DNA of 64,000 nt from Nitrososphaeraceae archaeon. GTDB taxonomy: Archaea > Thermoproteota > Nitrososphaeria > Nitrososphaerales > Nitrososphaeraceae. Of the stretch, positions 20,772 through 31,042 are shown piece after piece (the first letter of the stretch is position 1; each line of letters begins with the position of its first letter). The stretch lies in assembly GCA_036376955.1 (NCBI GenBank), contig DASUZI010000254.1, positions 1,792 to 65,791 on the forward strand. Direction: 5' to 3'. The translations under genes and the position numbers were made by a program. The notes below the pieces were generated by a model. The model did no database searches. It worked only from the letters and a program-made list of their open reading frames with translations, and was not told where the DNA came from.

Positions 20772-20954
20772 ATGGTAGATAAAAAAAACAATAAAGAGTC
20801 CCAAGTTTATAAATTCTATAAATTAGATGGTAATTCTTTAGAACGTCTCAAGAGGGATTGTCCTAGGTGTGGAAAGGGAGTATTTATGGCTGCACATAAA
20901 GACAGACTAACCTGTGGTAAATGTGGATTTACTGAATTTAACAAAAAAAAATAA
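20772..20954 (+). CDS. rps27ae: 30S ribosomal protein S27ae
   Basis: [25 protein letters not shown]. Confidence 0.95.
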   Translation: MVDKKNNKESQVYKFYKLDGNSLERLKRDCPRCGKGVFMAAHKDRLTCGKCGFTEFNKKK

Positions 20955-21492
20955 ATAAGCTAAAGATATTCATTGCTTATCTTCTGAGTATTTACTTTAG
21001 TTTTACTAATAAAATAAATTCATTTATGCAAGTGAAACTATCATCTCCACAACAATACATCAGATTCCAACTAATTGAATGCATCAAAAATTCGCTTCAT
21101 GGCTTTTAAATTTTGTATAAAGGTTTGAATCATGTTCATATTTAATACGATTTTCATAATATTATTCGATAAAATAATAGATCATGTAAAAATCATTATG
21201 ATATGATGTAGATGGCTTTATTATCCATAAGCAAGTACACGAGTGATAATTTGAAGTATCATACAACGTTTTCCTTCAATAATTAAATTTAAATGTGTCT
21301 CCTTAATTATAGAGGCATTCTAATTTTTTAATTTATAGTATGGAACAACGCGAGTTGATTCTCTAAAAATTTGAAAATATTGACCTAGGAATTGTCTAAA
21401 GTAAATTTATAGAGATGTCTATTAAAATTTAATATCAAAATTTGGATAACAAATTTTTGCCGGTGAATGAATCTACCTTTGTAATAACAATA

Positions 21493-22608
21493 TTAAGATG
21501 TTGAAATGTTCATAATATCGAATTTTAAACATTCACATTGATTAGAAAGTACTGAGGAAATACTTGGTTCAATGAAATTTCGTCCTTCTATAAATTGCCT
21601 CAAGAAAAGACCGCTGTCACATTCTATATTAATGATCAAATGGAAAGAGTCAAGTTTTTTGAATCGAATATAATAAATTTTTTTATATATTATTTTTGAT
21701 TTATAACAATACTTGATGATAGAATTATTTAATTTCATTAACCTGGTAAGGTGAATTTTATTTATTGGATTTGATGTTTTTATAAATATTTTATTTTTAA
21801 TTCTAAAATTCCTTTTAACATTTTCTATAAAATCTTTTTTTTCTATAATTTTAAAGGAGATTCCGTTATCAGTAAAAATTTTATTAATTTTTATTGTCCT
21901 ATTACGAGGATTAATAAACTGAATCATAAATAATCTACCTTTACCTAGAACTTGACTGTTATCATCTTCGCTTCCATACCAAGTAAAAACAATTCTGTCA
22001 GATCTAATAAATTTTGATAAAGTCTTTTGGATTATAGTTTCAATTGATTGCTTTTTCAATATTTTCGTGTCATGAAAATCAAAATGACAACTCTTTATAT
22101 CATTTTTTTCTCTTTGAGCCATGAATTTTTTTTTAGTATACCTTCCTAGCAAAAACAATGAACGAGATAGAATTGTAATAGAATATTCATTATTATCAGA
22201 AATAAATAGATTAATTTTAATGTCTGGATTTTTAAGATTTAATTTTTTCTTTGATAATAATTTAAATTTGTTCCTAATTTCATAATTAAAAGAAGTTTTT
22301 ATGTCTTCGATATCTTTTAATTTAAAAAGTGACCTTACATAATCTTCTTTATCAAACATATAATAAGGTAATGATGTGCCTATAGTAAATGAACGATAGC
22401 TATATTTTTCTTGAAAATTAATCGTATCGAATATTTTATGAGCAATTTCATTAATAATACTGAAAATGCCTTTACAAATAAAGCATTCTACATTCGTTAG
22501 TTTATTGTTATATTTTAAACTAGGAAAATTCCTTTTCAAACATGTATAACATAACGGGTATTCAGAATAGAAAGAGCTTGAATAATTCAGGTATTTTGAG
22601 TGACCCAA
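21493..22608 (-). CDS. pus10: Pus10-like tRNA pseudouridine synthase, divergent
   Basis: N-terminal LCYTC..ECFIC zinc ligands, GRYTK, YGSEDDNSQVLGKGRLF, DSGLFLRQFIEG...PSISSVL...C.CLKFDI; downstream of SRP54. Confidence 0.75.
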   Translation of the reverse strand: MGHSKYLNYSSSFYSEYPLCYTCLKRNFPSLKYNNKLTNVECFICKGIFSIINEIAHKIFDTINFQEKYSYRSFTIGTSLPYYMFDKEDYVRSLFKLKDIEDIKTSFNYEIRNKFKLLSKKKLNLKNPDIKINLFISDNNEYSITILSRSLFLLGRYTKKKFMAQREKNDIKSCHFDFHDTKILKKQSIETIIQKTLSKFIRSDRIVFTWYGSEDDNSQVLGKGRLFMIQFINPRNRTIKINKIFTDNGISFKIIEKKDFIENVKRNFRIKNKIFIKTSNPINKIHLTRLMKLNNSIIKYCYKSKIIYKKIYYIRFKKLDSFHLIINIECDSGLFLRQFIEGRNFIEPSISSVLSNQCECLKFDIMNISTS

Positions 22609-22611
22609 GAT

Positions 22612-23979
22612 TTAACCAAAACCAAATCTTCTCAACATGCCATGCATTTGTCTTCCTTTTGCCTGTTTCATCATGGTTTTTGAATTATTATATTGTTTTA
22701 TCATATCTTTTACCTCATGTTCTGTTATTCCAGAACCACGAGAAATTCTTTTTCTTCTCGCATCATTGATAATATTAGGATCTTTCTTCTCATCTTTTGT
22801 CATTGACTGTATTATAAACCTCCATTTTTCAATTTTTCCTTGTAAAACATCTAATTGCTCATCTTTTACCATTCCAGATAATCCAGGTAAATTTTCTATA
22901 ACGTTTCTAAATCCCATCTTATTAACATTTTCCATTTGAGAATAGAAATCCTCTATAGTCATTTTTCCTCCTAATAGTCTCTTAGCCTGAGTTTCATCTG
23001 CTTCAATCTCTAGGCTCTTGGCCATATCTAAGAGTGCTTTGATGTCCCCCATCCCAAGCAACCGTCCAACAAACCTAGTTGGTGAGAATAATTCTAGATC
23101 GTCTATACGTTCTCCAGTACCTATAAAACATATTTTTGCTCCTGTAACTGCGGATGCAGCTAAAGCACCACCACCTTTTGCTGTTCCATCTAATTTTGTT
23201 ATTATTATCCCTCCAATAGGGGCAGCGTCATGAAATGCTTTTGCCTGATTATAAGCTTGCTGACCAATTGTTCCATCTATAACTAAAAGAACTAGATCAG
23301 GACTGGTAACCTTATGTATTTCATTCATCTCTTCCAGTAATCCAGATTCTTCCTTATGTCTTCCTGCTGTATCAATTACTATTAAGTCCAAATCTTGAGA
23401 ATCATAATATTTTAATCCATTTTTTACTATGGAAATAGGGTTCTTATTTTCTTCTTCTCCATATACTTCAACTTTAATCTTTATACTATTCATTTTGAGC
23501 TGTGTAAGAGCGCCAGGTCTCCAAGTATCAGCGCCTATTATGGCTACTTTATATCCATGTCGTGAAAACCATCTAGCTATTTTAACAGTACAAGTAGTTT
23601 TACCACTTCCCTGGATTCCCAACATCAATATAATATTTTTTTTCCCTGGTTGAAAGTTAAAAGAGTCTTCTGGAAGTGATTGAGATTTATCTATATGAAT
23701 AATCTGATTGCCTTTATATCCCAAAAGAGACGAAATTTCATTGTATAAAATTGTAATTATATGATCTTTTTTCGTTAAACCTTTTGGTGGCTGTTCGTTT
23801 AACGCTCGTTCCTTCAGATTTTTTGTTATAGAAAGAACTTGTCTTACATTAACATCAGATTGTAATAATGATCTTTGTATATCCTTAGACAGCGAATCTA
23901 TAAGTTCTTCATTAATATCAGATGCCCCAACTATTTTCTTTAAGGCACTCCTTAAGCCTGTCCTCAGATTATCTAACAT
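22612..23979 (-). CDS. srp54: Signal recognition particle protein SRP54
   Basis: GIQGSGKTT, DTWRPGA, DTAGRH, TKLDGTAKGGGA, RLLGMGD, Met-rich M domain. Confidence 0.96.
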   Translation of the reverse strand: MLDNLRTGLRSALKKIVGASDINEELIDSLSKDIQRSLLQSDVNVRQVLSITKNLKERALNEQPPKGLTKKDHIITILYNEISSLLGYKGNQIIHIDKSQSLPEDSFNFQPGKKNIILMLGIQGSGKTTCTVKIARWFSRHGYKVAIIGADTWRPGALTQLKMNSIKIKVEVYGEEENKNPISIVKNGLKYYDSQDLDLIVIDTAGRHKEESGLLEEMNEIHKVTSPDLVLLVIDGTIGQQAYNQAKAFHDAAPIGGIIITKLDGTAKGGGALAASAVTGAKICFIGTGERIDDLELFSPTRFVGRLLGMGDIKALLDMAKSLEIEADETQAKRLLGGKMTIEDFYSQMENVNKMGFRNVIENLPGLSGMVKDEQLDVLQGKIEKWRFIIQSMTKDEKKDPNIINDARRKRISRGSGITEHEVKDMIKQYNNSKTMMKQAKGRQMHGMLRRFGFG

Positions 23980-24672
23980 TTACTTATCTAATAATATTAT
24001 TTCGGATATTTCTACTATACCTCTTTGACCATCCCAATGTATTCTAGAGTCTAAAATTTCCAATCTTTTTCTAAAAATTGGACAGTCTAATACTAATGTT
24101 TCTGCTTCGCCACCTTCGAAAGAGATATTGAACTTATATTTCATACTCAACTTAATTAATTCCTGCAAAGTTGAATGATTTAATGTGATACCAAGGAAAT
24201 TAGAGTCTAGACCCATCGATGATACGCTTATAATTTGAATTAAAAAATTATTTTTCAATAGTTCATTCATATAATCATACTGATCAATTTGCCATAATGG
24301 AGAAATGAGTTTTAAGTCATATTTTTCACATATTTTATTAAATTTATTTTTTTGATAATTCGAAGCTATTCCACCATGAACAATTCCATCAATTTTATAT
24401 TCCTTATTTGCTTGTTCAATTAGTTCATCTAATTTGTCGCATTCATCATTAATCGATATTGAATTGATTTGTTTCGTAATAATGGGAATTTGTAATGCTT
24501 GGGATTGTAACTGCGTTGTCCAAATATTTGGAAAATGGAACAAATAGCTTTCATCAGAATGTGGAATGAGAGTTAAAAGACATTTGACTGTCAATCCCCA
24601 ACGTTTAGCCAAATATAATGAATAAGTACTATCCTTTCCTCCTGAAAATAAGCATGCTACTCTCAAATACAA
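23980..24672 (-). CDS. dph6: Diphthine--ammonia ligase (PP-loop)
   Basis: LFSGGKDS, SYLFH, SPLWQ, EGGEAETLVLDCPIF. Confidence 0.85.
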   Translation of the reverse strand: MYLRVACLFSGGKDSTYSLYLAKRWGLTVKCLLTLIPHSDESYLFHFPNIWTTQLQSQALQIPIITKQINSISINDECDKLDELIEQANKEYKIDGIVHGGIASNYQKNKFNKICEKYDLKLISPLWQIDQYDYMNELLKNNFLIQIISVSSMGLDSNFLGITLNHSTLQELIKLSMKYKFNISFEGGEAETLVLDCPIFRKRLEILDSRIHWDGQRGIVEISEIILLDK

Positions 24673-24731
24673 AACTTACAATAAATTACTAGTATTTATT
24701 AAATGAACCTAACTCAATGGTTAATATTTCG

Positions 24732-25004
24732 TTATGAACATCTCGATGGCTCTGCAATCTCAGGAAATAAGATTATTAATTTTTCGTGCTTTTCAAGAAA
24801 TTCTAATCCTATTTTAGTGGTTTTATATAGTCCAGTAATTTTTGAATATTCGATGAGACCTGTGTTCATAACCAAGGATATATATCGAATAACTTGAGAA
24901 TGAGATATTGATGCTTTATTCATGATGGTAGTTTGATATTCCCATGTATCTTTTGCACTACGAAGAATCGACGCGATTACTTCGATATCTGCCCGATTTT
25001 TCAT
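24732..25004 (-). CDS. Winged-helix transcriptional regulator
   Basis: MKNRADIEVIASIL, TTIMNKASISHSQVIRYI, YKTTKIGLEFL. Confidence 0.8.
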   Translation of the reverse strand: MKNRADIEVIASILRSAKDTWEYQTTIMNKASISHSQVIRYISLVMNTGLIEYSKITGLYKTTKIGLEFLEKHEKLIILFPEIAEPSRCS

Positions 25005-25953
25005 TTAATTTACGGTATCCTCCATTTCAATATATTTTACAACAAATAATTAACTAATAAAAAAACAATTGACAACTAATAAAGACCAATTTGTTTGAAA
25101 ATTTATAACAATTTCCATATCTTCAATAAGTAACACCTCAGTAACTCATAATCTTCTTCATATACAACGTATCAGACGGCTCTTCCTATACTTCATCGGC
25201 GTATATTTATTATCATTACTAAATGTTAATAAAAACATTTTGTAATTTTCTATTAATTTTAAAATAATTATATGACATCTCCAATATCATTCTAGGATTC
25301 ATCTATTTAAAGAGTGAGAGGAGCGAAATTCTATTATTATAAATCTTCGTGTCTAAAAACTCAAGAATTAAGTTTTGTTTAGTGATATTAGCTGCTGGAA
25401 TCTGCAATAGAAGACTGAATCTATTGGATGATATAACATAAGACAGATAAGTGAATATATAAAAGTGAATCATAAAATCGTACTATTTTACTAAATTCCT
25501 AAAGAGGTTTCAAGAGTAATTTCCTGTTGAAGGTACGTTAACAACTTTCTATTGCACAGTAAAGTCTATAGTATTTTTCGAGGGTTAATTACCCAAGTTG
25601 TAATTTTAAGATAAGGAAGGATTTCTCTGAACCTCCTTAAAATAGGCATATAAAGAAGCAACTAGGATTTAATCTTGCTTCTAATTTTAAGGAAATAATC
25701 AAACGAAATTAGGCAAATTTGATATCGTTTATCACTCTTACATTTAAAGGATAAATTCAATGTATCTCTTCGATTAACTTAAATTTGACAGATGCATATA
25801 CTAGTGAATTTATCAATTTAGTAGCATTGTGGTTACTAAAAGTGGCAAGCCCAATTGGATAGTACTAGATACAATAGTGTAGGATTCGCTAGTAATGTTT
25901 TGGAAGATTTGCAAGACAATAAAATTTCTCCATTTAATTCCAAAAGTTTTGTA

Positions 25954-26114
25954 TCCCGCGAGCAGGATTTGCCCCATAATAACGAAATTGTTATTTTGTT
26001 TGAGCCTGCGACAATTCGGTTTCTGTTAATGTGAGCCTGATAGGCTGAAAATACGGTTAGCTAAATAAGCCAACTACTACAGCCGAAAGCTCTACCAGGC
26101 TGAGCTATCGCGGG
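25954..26114 (-). tRNA. tRNA-Tyr(GTA) with two introns (37/38, 56 nt at 26021-26076; 58/59, 31 nt at 25969-25999)
   Basis: Removing both introns gives a 74-nt cloverleaf: CCCGCGA TA GCTC AGCCTGGTA GAGC T TTCGG CTGTAGA CCGAA TTGTC GCAGG CTCAAAT CCTGC TCGCGGG A. C1-G72/A73 is the archaeal Tyr identity. Confidence 0.9.
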
Positions 26115-26178
26115 ATAAATCGTTTGATATATTTATTATATATAACTGTGTCTCATCTAAAGAATTCAAGACCAATGA

Positions 26179-27132
26179 CTATATTAGAAATTTAGAAATG
26201 TTTAATGAAGAATAGGTTATAATTTTATCAGCACCTGATCGTTTGAGAGCGGAAATTAAATTTAAGATATACATAGTTTCATCAAACAAACCAGTTGTAG
26301 AAGCCGCTTTTATCATAGAATACTCCCCTGATACGATCTGAACAACTAAAGGGATAGTACATATCTTTTTGATTCTATAAATGAGATCCAGGGACGACAT
26401 TGCTGGTTTAATCATAACCATATTTGACCCTTCGTGAATATCGGTTTCAATTTCTCTCAGTATTTCCCTTGGATTGTGATACGATACTTGATATGTGGAT
26501 TTATCTATTTCATTGGTCGAGTGAATAAAATTTTCTGATCTGAATGGCTTGTAAAATGAGGAAGATTGTTTCGCAGAAAATGACAAAATTTTTATTTTAT
26601 TATAACCATTCATATCCAACTTTTCTTTTATTCTTTTAACCTGTCCATCCATCATGGATGATGGTGCAACAATATCTACCCCTGCTATTGCATGACTCAG
26701 TGCGATATCGGATAACAGTTCAATTGTCAAGTCGTTATCCACTACTTTTTTTGTCTTTTTATATAACCCACAGTGACCTGTATTGTTATATTGACAAATA
26801 CATACATCAGTAATAGTCGAAATTTTGTTTCCAAAATTTGATTTTATCAACTTGAGAGATTTTTGTACTATCCCATTTTTGGAAATTGCTGCTGTACCCA
26901 TAGTATTTCGTACTCTTGGTATACCAAAAAGAATTATAGAATTTACACCACTTTCAACTACTTCTTCTAAAATTTGGTTAATCTTACTATATGGAACCTT
27001 AAAAATTCCTGGCATAACATTTAACTCTTGAAATTTATTACTCTCATCAACAAATAAAGGAAATATCAAATTGTTTTTACGTAAATTACTTTTTTTTGAA
27101 AACTCATAATAATAATCATCATAGTGTATCAT
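26179..27132 (-). CDS. hemB: Porphobilinogen synthase
   Basis: LIFPLFV, DVCICQY..TGHCG, APSSMMDG, FSAK, MIKPA, VSGEYSMI. Confidence 0.92.
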   Translation of the reverse strand: MIHYDDYYYEFSKKSNLRKNNLIFPLFVDESNKFQELNVMPGIFKVPYSKINQILEEVVESGVNSIILFGIPRVRNTMGTAAISKNGIVQKSLKLIKSNFGNKISTITDVCICQYNNTGHCGLYKKTKKVVDNDLTIELLSDIALSHAIAGVDIVAPSSMMDGQVKRIKEKLDMNGYNKIKILSFSAKQSSSFYKPFRSENFIHSTNEIDKSTYQVSYHNPREILREIETDIHEGSNMVMIKPAMSSLDLIYRIKKICTIPLVVQIVSGEYSMIKAASTTGLFDETMYILNLISALKRSGADKIITYSSLNISKFLI

Positions 27133-27171
27133 TTCTTTCTTCCTTTAATTTCCTTGTTTCGAAGAATCTAC

Positions 27172-27849
27172 TTATTTGGTATTCGATGTATTATCCATAT
27201 CATCATTATTTAATGTCCATGGAAACCATCTACCAATAATCTTTCCCCAATCGATTCTAAGATATAAAAAAATTATCAATATCAATACGCTAATACTGAC
27301 GCCAACTCCTATATACAAATAAATAGGATTCGTATTGTCAGAAGTTAACACTTCAACAACTGGTCTGCCGAAAATAACACTACCAAAGACTATAAATTCG
27401 TTGAGAATGAATTTTCCTGAAAAAGTAGCTATTGCAAATTTGGCTGGATTATATTTTGCTAACCCAAGTGGAATATAAACAACATCATCAGGAATAGGAG
27501 TCAATGCCGCAGCAAAAGCTCCAGGCCAACCATATTTAGACAAAAGTTTTTGGAGAGGAAGCATCCTTTTTTTAGTTTTAGTACTCAAAATATTTCTTCC
27601 ATAGTAACTGACATAAAAAATTATTAATTTTGCGATTACTGCTCCTACTGCACTAAAAAGGGAGACCAAATGTGGATCAAGATTCTGGTCAACACCTGCG
27701 GTGAATAGTATAGGGAAATAAGGAACAGGAATAAATACAATTATGCTAGCGAAAAACGTAATAATTAAAATTCCGAAATATCTACCTACGTTGCCATATT
27801 CATCATATCCAAAGTCAAAAAAAGTGAGTATATCATTAATGCCATCCAA
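27172..27849 (-). CDS. DedA/VTT-domain membrane protein
   Basis: IVFIPVPY, AALTPIPDDVVYIPLG, GKF. Confidence 0.8.
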   Translation of the reverse strand: MDGINDILTFFDFGYDEYGNVGRYFGILIITFFASIIVFIPVPYFPILFTAGVDQNLDPHLVSLFSAVGAVIAKLIIFYVSYYGRNILSTKTKKRMLPLQKLLSKYGWPGAFAAALTPIPDDVVYIPLGLAKYNPAKFAIATFSGKFILNEFIVFGSVIFGRPVVEVLTSDNTNPIYLYIGVGVSISVLILIIFLYLRIDWGKIIGRWFPWTLNNDDMDNTSNTK

Positions 27850-27969
27850 ATATTTAGACTCCTATCTGTTTATATTTTGTGTAATTTAAGTCAATAATTT
27901 TCATTAAATATCCAACTCATGGAATAATAAGTTGCAGATATCAAAATTTTACTTCGACAAGGAAATAAA

Positions 27970-29418
27970 TTAATATGCTTTAGCAAAAATTACTGTTTTT
28001 TTTGAATTTTCATTGCAATATATACATTTATTCTCTGAAGAATATTTCTCAAATGGAATAAGTCTGATATCCGCACCTGTCTCATTTTTTATGTTATTTT
28101 CGCATTCTTCTTTTTCACACCAGTCTGCCAAAATAAAACCTCCCTTTTCATTTAATAATTTCTTCATTTCATCATAATTAGTGGTTCTTACAATATTATT
28201 ATTTTGTATAATCTTAGCCTTTTCGAATAAGGATTTTTGAATTTGATCCAAATAAACATGTAAGGAATTGATACAATCCTCTCGTTTAATCGACATTTTT
28301 TCTCCTGTATCTCTTCTAACAATCTCTAAATTATTATTGTTTATATCCCTCAAACCAATATTAATCCTCAGAGGTACTCCCTTAATTTCCCAGTCATTAA
28401 ACTTCCATCCTGCTGTATATTCTTCTCTATCATCAACAATTATCCTCAAATCGAAACCATTTAATTCAGTATAAAGTTTTTTAGATTCTTCAATTACTAT
28501 ATCTCGATCTTTCTTCTTAAAAATGGGAACTATCACAACTTGGATAGGAGCTATCTTAGGCGGTAAAATTAAACCTTTATTATCACCATGGATCATAATT
28601 AACGCTCCTATCAATCTCCAAGAAATTCCCCAAGAAGTTTGCCATGCAAAATATTGTTTGGAATCTCTACCTAAAAAACGGATTTCAAAAGGTTTCGAGA
28701 AATTCTGACCTAAGTTATGAGAAGTAGCCATTTGCAATGCTTTTCCATCTGGCATTAGTGATTCAATAGTGTTAGTATATAGTGCCCCGACAAATTTTTC
28801 TCTTTCTGATTTGATCCCTTTGAGAGTTGGAATAGCCAAAAAGTTTTCAATAAGAGATTGATAGTAATTTAGTATTAGCAAAACCTCTTCTTCTGCCTCT
28901 TGTTGATTTTCATGGACAGTATGGCCTTCCTGCCAGAGAAATTCTGAGTTTCTGATAAAAGGTTTAGTAGATTTAATTTCTGCACGTAATGCTGAATTCC
29001 AAAAGTTAATTTTCAACGGAAGATCCCTATAACTCATTATCCATTTAGAAAAAATTTGATAGGCTAGAGTCTCGGAAGTGGGTCGGACAGCTAACTTGTC
29101 AGGTAAAATTGTATCACCTGCTTTTGTGACCCAAAATACCTCTGGAGTAAAACCTTTGAAATGGTCCTTTTCTTTAGATAAAAGACTCTCTGGTATAAGA
29201 ATAGGTAAGAATCCATTTTGATGTCCTGATTCTTTTAATTTTTTATCTAGTGACTCCTTGATAATCTCCCAAATTCGATATCCATATGGTCTAAGTACAA
29301 TGAACCCCTTCACGGGTGAATAATCTATTAATCCAGCTTTAGTCACTACTTGAGTATACCATTCACTAAAATCATCTTCTTTGCTAGTTGTTATTCCTAT
29401 ATCTTTTAATTCTGACAA
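27970..29418 (-). CDS. proS: Prolyl-tRNA synthetase (archaeal/eukaryal type)
   Basis: VRPTSET, PFIRNSEFLWQEGHT, TSHNLGQNFS, SWGISWR, C-terminal AKAY. Confidence 0.96.
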   Translation of the reverse strand: MSELKDIGITTSKEDDFSEWYTQVVTKAGLIDYSPVKGFIVLRPYGYRIWEIIKESLDKKLKESGHQNGFLPILIPESLLSKEKDHFKGFTPEVFWVTKAGDTILPDKLAVRPTSETLAYQIFSKWIMSYRDLPLKINFWNSALRAEIKSTKPFIRNSEFLWQEGHTVHENQQEAEEEVLLILNYYQSLIENFLAIPTLKGIKSEREKFVGALYTNTIESLMPDGKALQMATSHNLGQNFSKPFEIRFLGRDSKQYFAWQTSWGISWRLIGALIMIHGDNKGLILPPKIAPIQVVIVPIFKKKDRDIVIEESKKLYTELNGFDLRIIVDDREEYTAGWKFNDWEIKGVPLRINIGLRDINNNNLEIVRRDTGEKMSIKREDCINSLHVYLDQIQKSLFEKAKIIQNNNIVRTTNYDEMKKLLNEKGGFILADWCEKEECENNIKNETGADIRLIPFEKYSSENKCIYCNENSKKTVIFAKAY

Positions 29419-29445
29419 AAAAATCCCTTGATCTAAATTTAATTG

Positions 29446-29748
29446 TTATAATGGTTCACCACGACAATACACTTGTCCCGATATTCTACTATGAAAATTC
29501 TTGCAGACGTAACATGGGATAAACGATATCTCTCTTTGAAGAACAGGACAATCTACAGACTCCATTTTCATTCTTTTTAGCATTTTAGGACTAACGCCTT
29601 TCAATTTAAGTTTTCCTTTTTCATCCATCATTCCTATACTCTTTAATTCATTTTTGACATCGTCGCTTAGTTTCATTGTTTTATCTGATAATTTTATCGG
29701 TACGATAAATTTTGTATTGGAATCATTAATAGAATTAGGCTCACTCAT
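29446..29748 (-). CDS. Hypothetical Cys-containing protein
   Basis: VDCPV...FIPCYVC...VYC. Confidence 0.7.
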   Translation of the reverse strand: MSEPNSINDSNTKFIVPIKLSDKTMKLSDDVKNELKSIGMMDEKGKLKLKGVSPKMLKRMKMESVDCPVLQREISFIPCYVCKNFHSRISGQVYCRGEPL

Positions 29749-29833
29749 ATCTTTAGTTTTTAATGATAGAATATATGATGTTTCCTATACTATAAAAAAC
29801 TAAAGATAAATTACTTTAGTAATAGATATTAAA

Positions 29834-31042
29834 GTGATGAATTCAGAAATTTCAATTTCTATTAAAGATAGTCCAATATCTGAAATTCTTGAAAAATGCC
29901 TAGAAAAAAAGAGCATCTCAAAAGATGATGCCCTTTGCCTTTTGGAATCTAAAGACATTATATCTATTTTGAAACTTTCCACCTTATTAAAAACAAGGTT
30001 TAAAAAAGACGTTATAACTTATTCTAGAAAAATCTTTATTAATATCACTAATCTATGTAGAGATTTTTGTTCATATTGTACATATAGAAAAAATCCATTC
30101 GAATCGTCTACAGTTATGATGAAGCCTACTGAGATAATCAAATTAGCAAAAATTGGAAAAAAATTTCATTGTACTGAAGCTTTGATTGTCGCTGGAGAAA
30201 GGCCGGAAGATAGATACAAGGAAGCAAGGGAATGGCTAAAACAACTTGGATATAATTCATTGGTAGAATATGTAGTCGATATATCTGAAAAAATTGTAAA
30301 AGACACTGGCTTATTGCCTCATTCTAATCTTGGGAATATTACTAGAGATGAAATGAAACTATTGAAGACATATAATGTAAGTCTCGGTGTAATGCTCGAA
30401 TCTTCAAGTGAAAGGTTGAGTGAAAAAGGTATGCCACATGAATTCGCCTCCAGTAAAAAACCTACTAATAGAATCGAAGTAGTAAAGAACGCTGGAAGAA
30501 TGAAAATACCTTTGACCACTGGGCTATTGATAGGGATCGGGCAAACCCAAGAAGAAATAATTAATGATTTATTTCTCTTGAAATCTATCAATATGGAATT
30601 CAAGAATATCCAAGAGATAATTTTACAGAATTTTCAGCCCAAAATAAATACGCCTATGGGAGATTTCCCTTCCCCAACTAACGATTACTTTTTAAAAATA
30701 GTGTCTATTGCACGAATAATAATGCCTGAAATGAATATTCAAATTCCACCGAATCTATCTCCCACAAGTTATAGTTCATTCATTGGTGCAGGAATTAATG
30801 ATTGGGGAGGTATATCACCCATAACAATTGATCATGTTAATCCTGAATTTCAGTGGCCAAATATAAAAAAGTTACAGTATATAACCGAATCAATGGCTCA
30901 ACGACTTAGGGCAAGGTTACCTGTATATCCTGAGTTTATAGACAAACATGACTTTATATCCCCTCAATTAAGAAATTATGTAGAAAACTTTATTGGATTT
31001 GATGGACTAGTCAAAGAGGGATATTTAGATGAATTTAGATAG
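29834..31042 (+). CDS. cofG: FO synthase subunit CofG
   Basis: TNLCRDFCSYC radical SAM motif, GLLPHSN, QIPPNL, DWGGISP.T.DHVNPE. Confidence 0.92.
   Translation: MMNSEISISIKDSPISEILEKCLEKKSISKDDALCLLESKDIISILKLSTLLKTRFKKDVITYSRKIFINITNLCRDFCSYCTYRKNPFESSTVMMKPTEIIKLAKIGKKFHCTEALIVAGERPEDRYKEAREWLKQLGYNSLVEYVVDISEKIVKDTGLLPHSNLGNITRDEMKLLKTYNVSLGVMLESSSERLSEKGMPHEFASSKKPTNRIEVVKNAGRMKIPLTTGLLIGIGQTQEEIINDLFLLKSINMEFKNIQEIILQNFQPKINTPMGDFPSPTNDYFLKIVSIARIIMPEMNIQIPPNLSPTSYSSFIGAGINDWGGISPITIDHVNPEFQWPNIKKLQYITESMAQRLRARLPVYPEFIDKHDFISPQLRNYVENFIGFDGLVKEGYLDEFR

Noticed and set aside
20955-21492. 540-bp gap between rps27ae and pus10 as a possible ncRNA (e.g. SRP RNA) locus
   Set aside because: AT-rich with no GC-rich stems; only short ORFs without motifs.
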